Shown: positions 28,531 through 38,534 of the stretch, in pieces
How positions within the stretch are numbered: the first letter of the stretch is position 1
Layout: every line of letters starts with the position of its first letter
Assembly: GCA_963734545.1 (NCBI GenBank)
Contig: CAVTHO010000004.1
Span: 416,001-480,000, forward strand
Source: an uncultured Spirochaetota bacterium
GTDB lineage: Bacteria > Spirochaetota > Spirochaetia > SZUA-6 > Fen-1364
Reading direction: 5' to 3'
Length of the DNA stretch: 64,000 nt
Program-made: the position numbers and the translations under genes
Notes under the pieces: model-generated
What the model saw: only the letters and a program-made list of their open reading frames with translations
Database searches by the model: none
What the model was told of the DNA's origin: nothing

Positions 28531-28755
28531 CTACAGAAGCGAAGCTACCCTCTCAACAGTCAACCCCGTCTCCCGAATGATTGCCCGCAGAGTGCCCTTG
28601 GCGATCTCCTTGTGATTCGGCACGGTGACGCGGCGATAGGGAGGCGAACGGTGGCGCAGAATCATGTGGCTTCCGGTCTGGTGGTCAAGCTCGTATCCGA
28701 GCTTCTGTAGAGCTGCAACCAGCGACTTCCCCGAAACGCGGGGCAGTTTCCTCAG
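28531..28755 (-). CDS. hicA: HicA toxin (74 aa) with CTG at the coupled start position
   Basis: Manual translation (L)RKLPRVSG...QTGSHMIL...VTVPNHKEIAKGTLRAII; not in the ORF track. Confidence 0.8.
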   Translation of the reverse strand: MRKLPRVSGKSLVAALQKLGYELDHQTGSHMILRHRSPPYRRVTVPNHKEIAKGTLRAIIRETGLTVERVASLL

Positions 28756-28964
28756 ACATTCACCTCGACAATTTCCTCGCTGATCGACGGAGGGATGGGA
28801 TCCCCGTGCTTTTTCAGGCTTTCCAGGTATCCCTTGATGGCATCCTGGATATTCTCAAGCGCCAGTTCTCTGGTCCCGCCCTGAGAGATGCATCCCGGCA
28901 GGCTTGGGCATTCCGCAGTGAACTCGCCATCCTCGTCTTCGGCAATAAGGATTCTATAGCGCAA
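28752..28964 (-). CDS. hicB: HicB antitoxin
   Basis: EDEDGEFTAECPSLPGCISQG.T.E.A..NI.DAI; TTG start after GGGAG. Confidence 0.9.
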   Translation of the reverse strand: MRYRILIAEDEDGEFTAECPSLPGCISQGGTRELALENIQDAIKGYLESLKKHGDPIPPSISEEIVEVNV

Positions 28965-29347
28965 AAGCTTCTCCCGTCTTCCTTTCAACAGCATAAGCTC
29001 CTCCACCGACGCCGTCAAGAAACCTCCCAATACCGCGCCTGTCACCCCAACTGGGAGGACTCTACCCAAGACGGTCAGGATCCACAAGGGTCAATACGGT
29101 CAATACTGGCCTGGTGCTTGAGATCATCCTGACAAAAATTGCAGATCGCAGCAGACCACTTTCAGGAAAAAGGCTCCTTACGGAGCGGCTGGTTTCTAGA
29201 CAAGATATCAGCATCCTCTAGATGGAGTCCGTCCAGCGTGCCGTGTCGCGCCCCATCATTCAGGGCCGCTTCATCGGTGCCTCGGCCCCCGGGGAAGTTA
29301 GACCGGCCCATACCGCCGTCTCACGCGCTCTCCGCTCTCGGTGATGA

Positions 29348-29757
29348 GTAAGCGGGTGGCGAACCCCACCCGTTGCAGCGGAGCCAGGTAGACCATAGTC
29401 CCTCTTCGAGGAGGGACACGATGAAACACGACCGGAAGTTTTGGGCTCGTCACGTTGAGAGCTGGCGGGCGAGCGGGCTGACACAAAAAGCGTATTGCAC
29501 TCGCCGCCACCTGGCCAAGGGAAGCCTGGGCTACTGGGCATCGACGCTGGGGCGAAAGACGGCAGTGAGGGACCTGGTGGAGGTCGGGCGGACCGAGGTC
29601 AAGCGGCAAAGGTCGAATTGCCCTATCGAGTTGGCTGTCCAGGGTCGGTATCTGCTTCGGCTATGGCCAAGGGTGGACCCGTGCAGCTGCGCGAGGTGCT
29701 CTCGGTGCTGGAGCAGTGCGGATGATCGGCTTGGAGGTCAAAGAGGCGCGGGTTCAG
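29348..29757 (+). mobile_element. IS66 family remnant: left end, frameshifted tnpA, first codons of tnpB
   Basis: GTAAGCG...GAACCCCACC terminus; tnpA at 29421 (FWARHVESWRASGLTQKAYC); coupled MIGL... at about 29722, then truncated. Confidence 0.8.
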
Positions 29758-30012
29758 CTACGTTCGAGAGCGGTCACCCACGCCGAGCAACAGGCCGTCA
29801 ACGCTGATATCCTCGTCTAGGCTCTCCCAATGCAGTCCGCTGCCCCCTCCGCTGATGATGTAGGCTTGGCGTTGCTCATCATTCGCCTTGAGAAGCCGAG
29901 GGAAGTAGGCAAGTGGGACAGAAAGCTGGCGACCGTCAGCCAGAAGCACCCACAGATTGTCAGCGTCGAACCATAGCTTTGTTGCAGAAGCTTCAAGAGC
30001 CGAAACGCTCAT
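29758..30012 (-). CDS. DUF2442 domain protein
   Basis: LADGRQLSVPLAYFPRL...GLHWESLDEDISV. Confidence 0.9.
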   Translation of the reverse strand: MSVSALEASATKLWFDADNLWVLLADGRQLSVPLAYFPRLLKANDEQRQAYIISGGGSGLHWESLDEDISVDGLLLGVGDRSRT

Positions 30013-30238
30013 CCCATTTCCTCCTGAATAGGTCCAGGTTGTCTCGTACAACCTGCTCCAAGGAATTAAGCTCTTTAGGTGCCAGACCCCAACTGGACAC
30101 AAGAGAGGGTTCTGGATCCAGCCAGAATTTGGCAACGCTCGCACCCTTGCGGATGTGAACATGCCGACCTTCCAAGGGAGTACCTTCATTTGAAAAGAAA
30201 AAGAACCGATAGCCATTCCACAAAAGGATAGTAGGCAT
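29993..30238 (-). CDS. DUF4160 domain protein (TA pair with DUF2442)
   Basis: MPTIL..GYRFFFFSNE....HVHI...AKFWL; operator-like inverted repeat TTGCCGCA-N7-TGCGGCAA at 30238-30260. Confidence 0.88.
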   Translation of the reverse strand: MPTILLWNGYRFFFFSNEGTPLEGRHVHIRKGASVAKFWLDPEPSLVSSWGLAPKELNSLEQVVRDNLDLFRRKWDERFGS

Positions 30239-30300
30239 TGCCGCAATTAGTATGCGGCAACGAACCGCGTACGGCAAGTGGCAATCTGAAACGGTGCAGC

Positions 30301-30515
30301 GGCTCCGATCAGCATCGCGCTGACTTGCACCAGGCTTTGGCCTATGCATCTCTGGCCGACGTCGCGCAGGTGGACACCCTTCTGCTCTACTCTTCGATGG
30401 GAAGTGAGCCACGTCGGCTCGACACCGTCGCGACCGTGACAAGTGGGCGGCGTCGGGTCAGACTCACCCTTGCTTCCGCGCCGTTCGGCTATCGCAGCCC
30501 CGAGCACGAGAAGAT
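30301..30515 (+). pseudogene. McrC-like nuclease C-terminal fragment
   Basis: HRADLHQALAYASL (DxxQxxxY) followed by LLLY; no start codon. Confidence 0.45.
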
Positions 30516-30615
30516 CGACCCCGCGGTTTCCGAGAGTTGCTGGTGGGTCATTCGAACGCCTGTTCCCGGACCAGAGAGGACTGAAATAGCGATGTATGAA
30601 TCTGCTGTGGCAGTC

Positions 30616-30837
30616 CTACGGGGAGACCTGGTAGATTGCGGGTCGGTACTGGGGAGAAGGGACAGGCTTGCCCTCCGCCCGCGCGGCCTCCAGCCACGCC
30701 TGCTTTGCGGCATTCACCTCGCGAAGCGCCTCTTCCGGCGTCGAACCGAACGCGGAGCACGCCTCCAGGTCCGGGATATCCGCGATATAGCCCTCGTCTT
30801 CTTCGCTGTAGAAAATATTGATGTGATAGTCCTTCAT
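30616..30837 (-). CDS. hicB: HicB antitoxin
   Basis: FYSEEDEGYIADIPDL..CSAFG.TPEEAL. Confidence 0.92.
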   Translation of the reverse strand: MKDYHINIFYSEEDEGYIADIPDLEACSAFGSTPEEALREVNAAKQAWLEAARAEGKPVPSPQYRPAIYQVSP

Positions 30838-31088
30838 TTAGTCGCCTCCCAGCCGCAGGTTGTGCCGTTCCACGATCTTGAGGAACTGCCGAATCTGGTA
30901 CGGCTTTGCCTGTCCGTGGACCTCCTGGAAGTTGACGAGCTCCGCGATCCCCGGGTGCACAAACAGGTGATGGCTGCCCCGCACGCGAGACAGGTGGAAC
31001 CCGAAAGCCTCCACGAGCGCAACCGCGTCCGAGAACCGGACGAACGCGGGTTGTTGATGATGCGCGCCAGGAGCTTACGCTTGTCCAC
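30838..31088 (-). pseudogene. hicA: HicA toxin with a 1-nt frameshift near codon 15
   Basis: MDKRKLLARIINNPR / VRFSDAVALVEAFGF...RGSHH...AKPYQIRQFL; span is 251 nt. Confidence 0.8.
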
Positions 31089-31284
31089 GTCTAGAGAGGA
31101 ATGTATCATGGGAGCCTCGTCAAGGGAAACGCTTCCTTTCACCTGGTTGCCCCTCCACTCGAGAAGACTCGGGGGAACGGGCAGCGAATGGGGGAGGCCT
31201 TCTCCTGACAGGCGCAATGAACGGGACGATTGTGACGTACTTCCTTGGTGTTCAGCATCGGCTATCTGCACGTGGAGGTTGCGC

Positions 31285-32154
31285 ACGAACTCAGTTGAAC
31301 GCTCATTTGAGGATGTCCACCTCTCCAGGTTTCTTTCCGTCCGGGACAACTACTCCGGCCACATTGCGGACTTCGCGCGCTACCTCGAGACCAACCACCT
31401 GAGCCTGGGACTTTCTGCTGTGCGAGCATATTTCGCGCATCTCAATGCCTCGCCTCTGGCCGCGGCGACAAAACGAGTGCGCCGCCAGGCGGTAAAGGCC
31501 AGGCTGAGGGCAACTCTCTCAAGCACGGATTTCAACCGGCAGGCACGGCTCGAGATGACGCTGCGATCCTTGGACCATGATAGTGAGACAAAAGCTCCTG
31601 CGGTTGTCACGGTAGCAGTCCCTGAAGAACGGATTGTCACGCAAGAGCAATTTGACCGCCTGGTGTCCGGCACTTCAAAGCGAACCTCGCTATTCCTGTG
31701 GTTTCTGTACAACACCGGGTGCCGCGTGGCGGAAATGTGCGGCGCACGGTTGGACAAATGCGAAGACCTTGAAGACATGGTCAGACTGACGATCACAGGG
31801 AAAGGCAAGAAGGAGCGGAAGGTCGACATCGAGAAGGCCTTGTTGGAAGCCATTCGATCGACTTTTCATGGGGAGACCTACCTTTTCCAGACCCAAGGCG
31901 GCAAACCCTACCGCACAACCTACGTCAGCTATGAGATCACGAAAGCCGGCAGGCGCATCCTCGGGCGTAAAATCTCGGCTCACACCATGCGCCACAGCTT
32001 TGCCACTCTGACAATCCGCGACGGTGCATCCATAAAGGCCGTCTCGAAGTACCTCGGGCACAGCTCGACGGCGATCACCATGGACATGTATGTGCACGAA
32101 AGCCTGGAGAAGGCCCAGAGAGTGCGAAGATCGTACAAACTCCCCCAAGCTTGA
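31285..32154 (+). CDS. tyrosine recombinase/integrase (copy 2); start uncertain (ACG 6 nt after GGAGG)
   Basis: TGCRVAE, GKG, HTMRH, LGH, MY intact; clearly paralogous to 25092-25982. Confidence 0.9.
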   Translation, partial: TNSVERSFEDVHLSRFLSVRDNYSGHIADFARYLETNHLSLGLSAVRAYFAHLNASPLAAATKRVRRQAVKARLRATLSSTDFNRQARLEMTLRSLDHDSETKAPAVVTVAVPEERIVTQEQFDRLVSGTSKRTSLFLWFLYNTGCRVAEMCGARLDKCEDLEDMVRLTITGKGKKERKVDIEKALLEAIRSTFHGETYLFQTQGGKPYRTTYVSYEITKAGRRILGRKISAHTMRHSFATLTIRDGASIKAVSKYLGHSSTAITMDMYVHESLEKAQRVRRSYKLPQA

Positions 32155-32232
32155 AGAGGCTTTTCGCCCACAGGGCCAAATGGCCCTTGATGCGCCGAAG
32201 GGGCGGTACAACATCGGTGGGGGCCCGCGGAC

Positions 32233-33979
32233 GTGGATCGCCAGACGATCGACTGGTACGACAGGAACGCTGAAGAGGTGGCACGACGCTACGAAAGCGT
32301 CCCGGGAGGTATCTCCGACTTCTTCCGTTTTGTCTTTGCGCCGGGTGACAGCGTCCTGGAGATAGGATCGGGAAGCGGAAGGGATGCCGCGCGGCTCATG
32401 GAGCTGGGCGTGCACGTGCACGCGGTGGAGCCCAGCGCCGGGCTGAGGCACCGGGCGGCTGTTCTGCACCCCGAGTTGTCCGGTCGGTTGTTCGAGGGCG
32501 AGCTGCCCGCTCACTTACCGCCCCAGGTTGCCGGCCCCTATGACGGAGTGGTCCTTTCTGCCGTCATCATGCACGTCCCTGATTCCGAGCTCTTCGACGC
32601 GGCGCTGGTCATCCGGGAACGCCTGAAGGACGGCGGTAAGCTCCTCCTGTCCACACCCCTGGAGCGCGGCGACACTCCTGCAGGCTCTGATCGGGACGAA
32701 CCGGGGCGGCTGATGATCCTGCGCCCCGGCCTCCCAGGTGCGGCTCCTCTTTGAGCGGCTGGGGTTCATCCTCAAGAGCGAGTGGACATCGGCGGATGCC
32801 GCGGGGCGGTCCGACGTTCTGTGGATCACCATGCACTTTCAGTATTCCCGCGGCACAGCCCGGCCGATAGACAGGATCGAAAGCATTCTCAACGCGGACA
32901 AAAAGGTCGCTACCTACAAGCTCGCGCTGATCCGCGCACTCTGCGACATGGCGCTGACGGCGCATGCGCGCGCTCGCTGGGAGCCGGACGGCAGGGTCAG
33001 CATACCGATCACGGACCTGGCCGAGCGGTGGATCCTCTTCTACTGGCCCCTTGTCGACTCACGGGTGCTCATTCCGCAGATCAACGGCGAATCCACGGGC
33101 GGGAAGCCGATCGCGTTCCGTTCCGCCCTTTCGGAGCTTGCAGGGCATTTTGCGAACCAGGGCGGGCTCAATGGGTTTGCAAGGGTGAAGGCGGATCGGC
33201 TTCTGTCCCTGGAAGAGCAGCGCCTGTACGGCCGGGTCCTCCGCATCGTGTCCAACACGATCGTGAAGGGGCCCGTCAGGTACGCCGGCGGCGCCCGGGG
33301 CGTGCAGGAGTTCGAGTTCGATCCCGCCGCCCGCCGTGTCCTGGTGGACGGCGGCGTCTGGGAAGAGCTCACCCTCATGGGCCACTGGATCCGCGACGCG
33401 GTCGTCCTGCGGTGGGCGGACATGACCTGGCGTCTTTCTGCAGGGGTGCTCCCGCGGGGAAAGATCCTGGATCGCCTGGTGCTCACTTCGGATCCAGCGC
33501 GGTTTGACGAGAGCGTGCGCCGCTTCTACGCGGGGCTGCGGCCCGGGTTGGAGTGCGTGTGGACGGGGAGGAAGCTGGTCGATGATTTCGACGTAGACCA
33601 CGCCATTCCCTTCGCGCTGTGGCAGGACAGTTCGCTGTGGAACCTTTTCCCCGCAGCCAAGACCGTCAACAACCAGAAGAGGGACAGGCTGCCGTCGCGG
33701 GAAATCGTGCGCAGGCGGAGCGCGAGGATCGTCGAGAACTGGCGGAGCCTGTCGCGGGAGTTTCCGTCGCGGTTTGTGAATGCGGCCGCGGCGCTGTCAG
33801 GCGGCGCGGTCACGGTACGGAACAAGGAAGGTAAGCGACGCGGCGGGGACATGGCCGGGGACGCGACGGCGGGCGCGATCGAGCTTGCCCCTGGGTGGGA
33901 AAAGCCGCTTCTTTCCAGCTTCGTCGAGGCCATCGAATACACGGCCGCCATGAGAGGCGCGGCCCGGTGGGAGCCATAG
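32233..33979 (+). CDS. class I SAM methyltransferase fused to HNH endonuclease; frameshift near 32725
   Basis: LEIGSGSGRD; removing one C gives ILRPASQVRLLFERLGF; ATYKLAL; DVDHAIPF..WNL....NNQKRD. Confidence 0.82.
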
Positions 33980-33990
33980 CCAAGGGCGAG

Positions 33991-34023
33991 CACGTCCTGA
34001 TGATCGACGAAATCAACCGTGCC
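33991..34023 (+). pseudogene. tiny McrB-like AAA+ Walker B fragment
   Basis: HVLMIDEINRA. Confidence 0.4.
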
Positions 34024-34124
34024 GACGAAGCTCAGGTCACCGTCTACGGCGGATACTTCTTTATTACTGCAAGGCGAAAAGCCGCCACAGGCTGAAATCT
34101 CTTGCGCCGGAAACAGTGGTTCAG

Positions 34125-36339
34125 CTAGGCACGTCCCGCACGTTGTGATGCGGATTCATCCAGAACCTGCCGGATGGCCAGTCCCAGCTCCTTCTTGCGA
34201 GCAGGCTTCATGCATACCCTGCGGACGCCGGCCGTCGCGGCTTCGTCCTCTTCGACGGGCGAGCTGTAGCCCGTGCAGAGGATCACCGGAAGCGCGGCGT
34301 TGAGGGCGACGGCCTTCTTCGCGAGCTCAATACCGGTTATCACGGGCATGCTCTGGTCGGTGATGAGAAGGTCAAAGGCAAACCGATCCGCTGAAAGGAG
34401 CTCGAGTGCGTGCGCGGGATCTGTCACGGCGGTTACCCTGTATCCGAGCGTGGCAAGGAGCTTTTCCATCAACACGGCGATCGAGCTCTCGTCATCGACA
34501 TAGAGAATCCGCTCGTTCCCGCCGGGAACGTCGGTTCCCGCGCCGGCTTTGTCCGCATTCTCTGCGTCGACGCGCGGGAAGTAGAGCTTCATGGAAGTGC
34601 CTTTGCCCGGAGAGCTCTCCACGACAATGTCCCCGCCATGGTCCCGCATGATCCCGTACACAACCGAAAGCCCCATACCGGTGCCTTTGCCCGCGGGCTT
34701 GGTCGTGAAGAACGGCTCGAATGCCTTGTCGACGAGGGCCTTCTCCATCCCGACGCCTGTGTCCTGGACATCGATGACGGAAAAGACGCCGGGCCCGATG
34801 GCCCCGATCCGCCCGGGGACGGCCGCTGCAAGGCGTTCCTCCGACAGGCTCACGGTAAGGACACCCTTCCCGTCCATTGCGTGGACGGCATTCGAGGCGA
34901 GATTCATGACCGCCTCGTGGATCTGCGTGGCGTTCGCGATGACGGCCCCGGACTCCGCCTGCAGGCGGGAAGAGACGGTCACAGAGGACGGAATGGTCAT
35001 CTTCAGGAAGCCGAGGACCTCGTGCACGATGGTGCTGAGCCGGACGATGGACTTTTCCACCGGCCCTCCGCGGCTGAAAGTCAGGATCCGTGACACAAGG
35101 TGCTTCGCGCGCTCGCCCGCTTGAAGGATCTGCATAAGGCTTTGAGCAGCCTGGCCCTCCGGCGGGACGTCCTGAAGGGCAATCTCGGTGTGGCCGATAA
35201 TGACGCTCAGCATATTGTTGAAGTCGTGCGCGATTCCCCCCGCCAATTGCCCGATGGCCTGCATCTTCTGGTTCTGCCGCAGGCTTTCCTCCAGGTTCCG
35301 CCTCTGCTCCGCGTCTCTCTTGGCCTGTGTGACGTCCCTGAGGACCCCGTCAATGCCCAACCGCCGGCTGTCCGAATCCACGGTCCATCGGGCATTCGTC
35401 CACACGGTGGCCACCGCCCCGTCCTTCCTGATCACGTCCAGCTCGAAATTCTTCACGAGCCCCTGGCGTTCGAGAGTCTCCATGAGGACCGCGTGCCGTG
35501 AGGGGTCGCGGTAGAAGTCCGCAAACGGCCGGCCCACCATCTCATCGGGCTTGTATCCAAGCATCTGCTCGGAGGACGGGGAGACGATTGCCAGTTTCCC
35601 CTGCAGGTCCGTGCGGTAGCTGATATCCATCATGTTCTGGAAGAGCCCGCGGTAGCGCGATTCGGATTCACGAAGCGCCCGCGCCGCCTCGCGGCGGCGT
35701 TCCTCGTTCGCCATGAGGAGACTTCCCAGGAATACCCCGACGGAGATCGCCGATCCGTAGGGCAGCGTCATGGATTTCACCAGCCGCCAGCCTGCCTCCA
35801 GACTGCCGATGGGCAGGAAACCCGGGAGCAGGAATATCGTGGCGGCGATGGAAGAAAGCGCCAGCTTCCATGGCGACTCTATCCCCGGGCGAAGGGCTCG
35901 CAGCGTCGTCCCGGGCAATGACCGCCAGCCCCAGGCCCAGGATCCCGCCGTAGACCCCGATGCCGCCCAGAAAAGCCCGGTAGCCGGCTCCGATTGCCGC
36001 CGCAATCACGGCCGACAGCGGTCCTCCGAAAAAGCCGGCAAGGATGACGATGGCGTTCCGCTGGTCGACCTGGACCCCGGGGGCGACGGGAATTCTGACA
36101 TGCATGCAGATATAGACGAAGAGTCCGAATACGGTCCCCAGGATGACTTGCCGCCTGAAGCGGCTGCGTTTCTCCAGCGATTCGTTGAGGATTCCGTACA
36201 CGGCGACCATGATGATGAAGACGGCGAGGTTGCTGAAAAGACCGAAAAAGACGGAGGTGCCACCCATGAGGGAAAAATCCGTACGCGAGATTGCCAGAAG
36301 GCCGTCCACCCGCGTGAGGAAATCGACAAAGCCCTTCAT
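34125..36339 (-). CDS. LytS/YhcK 5TM-PAS-HisKA-HATPase-REC hybrid histidine kinase; frameshift near 35915
   Basis: DQRNAIV..GFFGGP (5TM-LYT), PAS, AHDFNN, FTTK..GKGTGMGL, YVDDE...DQSMP. Confidence 0.88.
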
Positions 36340-36482
36340 AGGCTCGCCTCCGACGTCCTAGAGGGATTCTGAGTGCCGCTCCCAGTATGATACATGCCTG
36401 GATAGTAGCGCAAGTAGCCCCGCATCGAACTGAAATCCTATGCCTGACATGGAGATATGCACATGTATATACACATATACAC

Positions 36483-36518
36483 TTGATATCGTGAGCACTT
36501 CAGGATACACTTCTCACG
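36483..36518 (+). promoter_or_regulatory. sigma70-type promoter with inverted-repeat operator
   Basis: TTGATA-17 bp-TACACT; CGTGAG...CTCACG inverted repeat. Confidence 0.65.
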
Positions 36519-36527
36519 AGGTGATGA

Positions 36528-36800
36528 ATGCGTACCGTGAACGCTTTGGAAGTTCGTAACAGGCTCGGCGCGCTCCTCGATGACCTGGAGCGGACCGGAG
36601 AGCCGGTGATCGTGAGCAAGGGGCGCCGGCCTCGCGCGGTGCTCATCAGCATAGAGGATTTCCAGAAGCGCTTTGTCGACCGCCAGACGGAGGAGCAGCG
36701 CCGGGCGCTCCTGGACCGGGTGAGGGCCGCGCGGGCTGCGGGCGTCGGCGGCGCGGACAGCCTCACGGTCCTTCGGGGCCTGCGAGGCGAGCTGAGATGA
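36528..36800 (+). CDS. Phd/YefM family antitoxin
   Basis: VNALEVRNRLGALLD...GEPVIVSKGRRPRAVLI. Confidence 0.9.
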   Translation: MRTVNALEVRNRLGALLDDLERTGEPVIVSKGRRPRAVLISIEDFQKRFVDRQTEEQRRALLDRVRAARAAGVGGADSLTVLRGLRGELR

Positions 36801-37222
36801 AGTTCGTCATCGACGCATCCGTCGCTGCGCGGTGGTATATCCTGGAAGAATCGGACGCAAGAGCGGAGGAGGTCTTGCAGCGGGTGGTCAGGGAGCCGGA
36901 GTTGTTTGCCGTCCCTGAGCTTTTCTTCTTCGAGGTGCTGGCAGTCCTCGGGAGGATGCACCCCAATCCGCTTGAGACCTACCAGGATGCGTTCCTTCCT
37001 GTCGTGGAGGGCGGGGTTTTCCGCCACCCCATGACGTCTGCTCTTGCCGCGCACTCGTGGCGCTTCCTGGCCAGGGGACTCACCGGGTACGACGCATGCT
37101 ATGCAGGGCTGGCTGCCGAGCTCGGTGCACGGTGGATCACCTTCGACCGCCGCGCTCATCAGCTCATTGCATCAGAGAAGGTCTCCGTCGATCTGTCAGA
37201 GGGCTTGCCGGCGGATTGGTGA
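36797..37222 (+). CDS. vapC: VapC family PIN toxin
   Basis: VIDASVA.RW, E, YDACY..LA, ITFD; ATGA overlap. Confidence 0.9.
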   Translation: MKFVIDASVAARWYILEESDARAEEVLQRVVREPELFAVPELFFFEVLAVLGRMHPNPLETYQDAFLPVVEGGVFRHPMTSALAAHSWRFLARGLTGYDACYAGLAAELGARWITFDRRAHQLIASEKVSVDLSEGLPADW

Positions 37223-37226
37223 GCAC

Positions 37227-38381
37227 GTGATTACGAGCCACGCAGGCGCAGATCCCTATAACGCAATCATCACCCGGGCCGACCCGCCTGCGGAGCCGCC
37301 AACCGCGGCCGCTGCCGGGGCAGCGGCTGCAGGGCCCCTGGCGGGAAGGACGCTGCTCGTCAAAGACCTGATCGATACGGCGGGGATCCGAACAACGTAC
37401 GGCTCGCGCCTCTATGCAGACCACGTGCCCAGCCGAAACGCCACCGTGGTGGAGCGGGCCATCCGTGCGGGCGCCGTTGTCGTGGGCAAGGCGAACCTGC
37501 CGGAGTTTGCGTGGAGCGTCCTGGGCAGGAACCCGTGGTATGGAACAGTTCACAATCCGGCAAAGCCCGGAAAGACGACAGGTGGTTCGAGCGCAGGGAA
37601 CGCGGCGGCCCTGGCTGCCGGGCTGGTCGATCTGGGGATCGGAACCGATACCGGTTGCTCCATCCGGCTCCCCTCCGCGGCATGCGGCACGGTGGGACTG
37701 AAGCCGCGATGGGGGAGGATTCCTGTTGATGGCATCTTCCCCCTGGCTCCATTGCTCGACACCGTGGGGCCAATGGCGCGCTCGGTCGCTGACGTGGCCC
37801 TGCTGTGGTCGGTGCTGGCGGAGCGGCCGGTTCCCGCGCCGAGGCTCCGCGGGTTGGTGGTCGGACTCCTGCGGCAGCCGCCGGGGCTCGGCGATGGCCG
37901 ACCAACCGAGACGAGCGACCTTGCCGAGGAATGGGTGGCTGACATCCAGCGGCTGGGCGCTCGCGTGGTCGAAGCGAGAGTGCCGGACGCGACTGCCAAT
38001 ACGTTTCCACAGTTCCTCCATGAGGCAAAGCAGAGCCACGCACTGACTTTCCCTTCCCGTGCGGGCGACTACACTGAGGTGGCGCGGAGGAAGCTCGAAG
38101 CCGCCCAGAAAGTGGATCCGGATGAGGTTGCCCTGGCGTATCGGGCAATCGAGGAATGGCGGCGCTACAAGCCTGAAGTGGACCTTTTCATCAGCCCTTG
38201 CTTTGCAATTGAGCTGCCGCCGGAGGACGCGGAAGAGGCGGATATCCGGCTGCCTCTCTCCTCGTTCATGCGGTGGGTCAACCTGACCGGCTGGGCAGGC
38301 CTCGCCGTCGGGAACCTCCAGCTCGTGGCCCCTGATGACGAAACGGTGATAGCGGCCGGGCTCGCGCTCGAAAGAGGCTAG
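37227..38381 (+). CDS. amidase signature family protein
   Basis: VKDLID, GGSSAG, GTDTGCSIRLP. Confidence 0.9.
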   Translation: MITSHAGADPYNAIITRADPPAEPPTAAAAGAAAAGPLAGRTLLVKDLIDTAGIRTTYGSRLYADHVPSRNATVVERAIRAGAVVVGKANLPEFAWSVLGRNPWYGTVHNPAKPGKTTGGSSAGNAAALAAGLVDLGIGTDTGCSIRLPSAACGTVGLKPRWGRIPVDGIFPLAPLLDTVGPMARSVADVALLWSVLAERPVPAPRLRGLVVGLLRQPPGLGDGRPTETSDLAEEWVADIQRLGARVVEARVPDATANTFPQFLHEAKQSHALTFPSRAGDYTEVARRKLEAAQKVDPDEVALAYRAIEEWRRYKPEVDLFISPCFAIELPPEDAEEADIRLPLSSFMRWVNLTGWAGLAVGNLQLVAPDDETVIAAGLALERG

Positions 38382-38534
38382 GCCCGGCTCACAGCGTCCG
38401 CAGCGAAATGGACGATGAAATCAATGGCCTCTGTTGCCGTTGCCGACTCAAGCGGCAAGACGACGCGCTCGTTATTCTATGCATGAACCGCTATTTGAAT
38501 GAGTTGACTGGACTATGGAGGACTCATTAACCTT

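Noticed and set aside
30238-32154. 638-aa ORF as a single large integrase fusion
   Set aside because: Its first ~350 codons are an McrC-like scrap plus the antisense of hicAB; similarity to the paralogous recombinase begins only near 31285.
25092-32154. Prophage or ICE
   Set aside because: No structural, replication, relaxase or conjugation genes, and no tRNA target or flanking direct repeat was seen.
24305-34100. Classical integron with attC cassettes (GTTAGGC seen at 27751)
   Set aside because: The recombinases lack the IntI-specific insertion, modules are in mixed orientation with their own promoters, and I found no repeated RYYYAAC...GTTRRRY attC structures.
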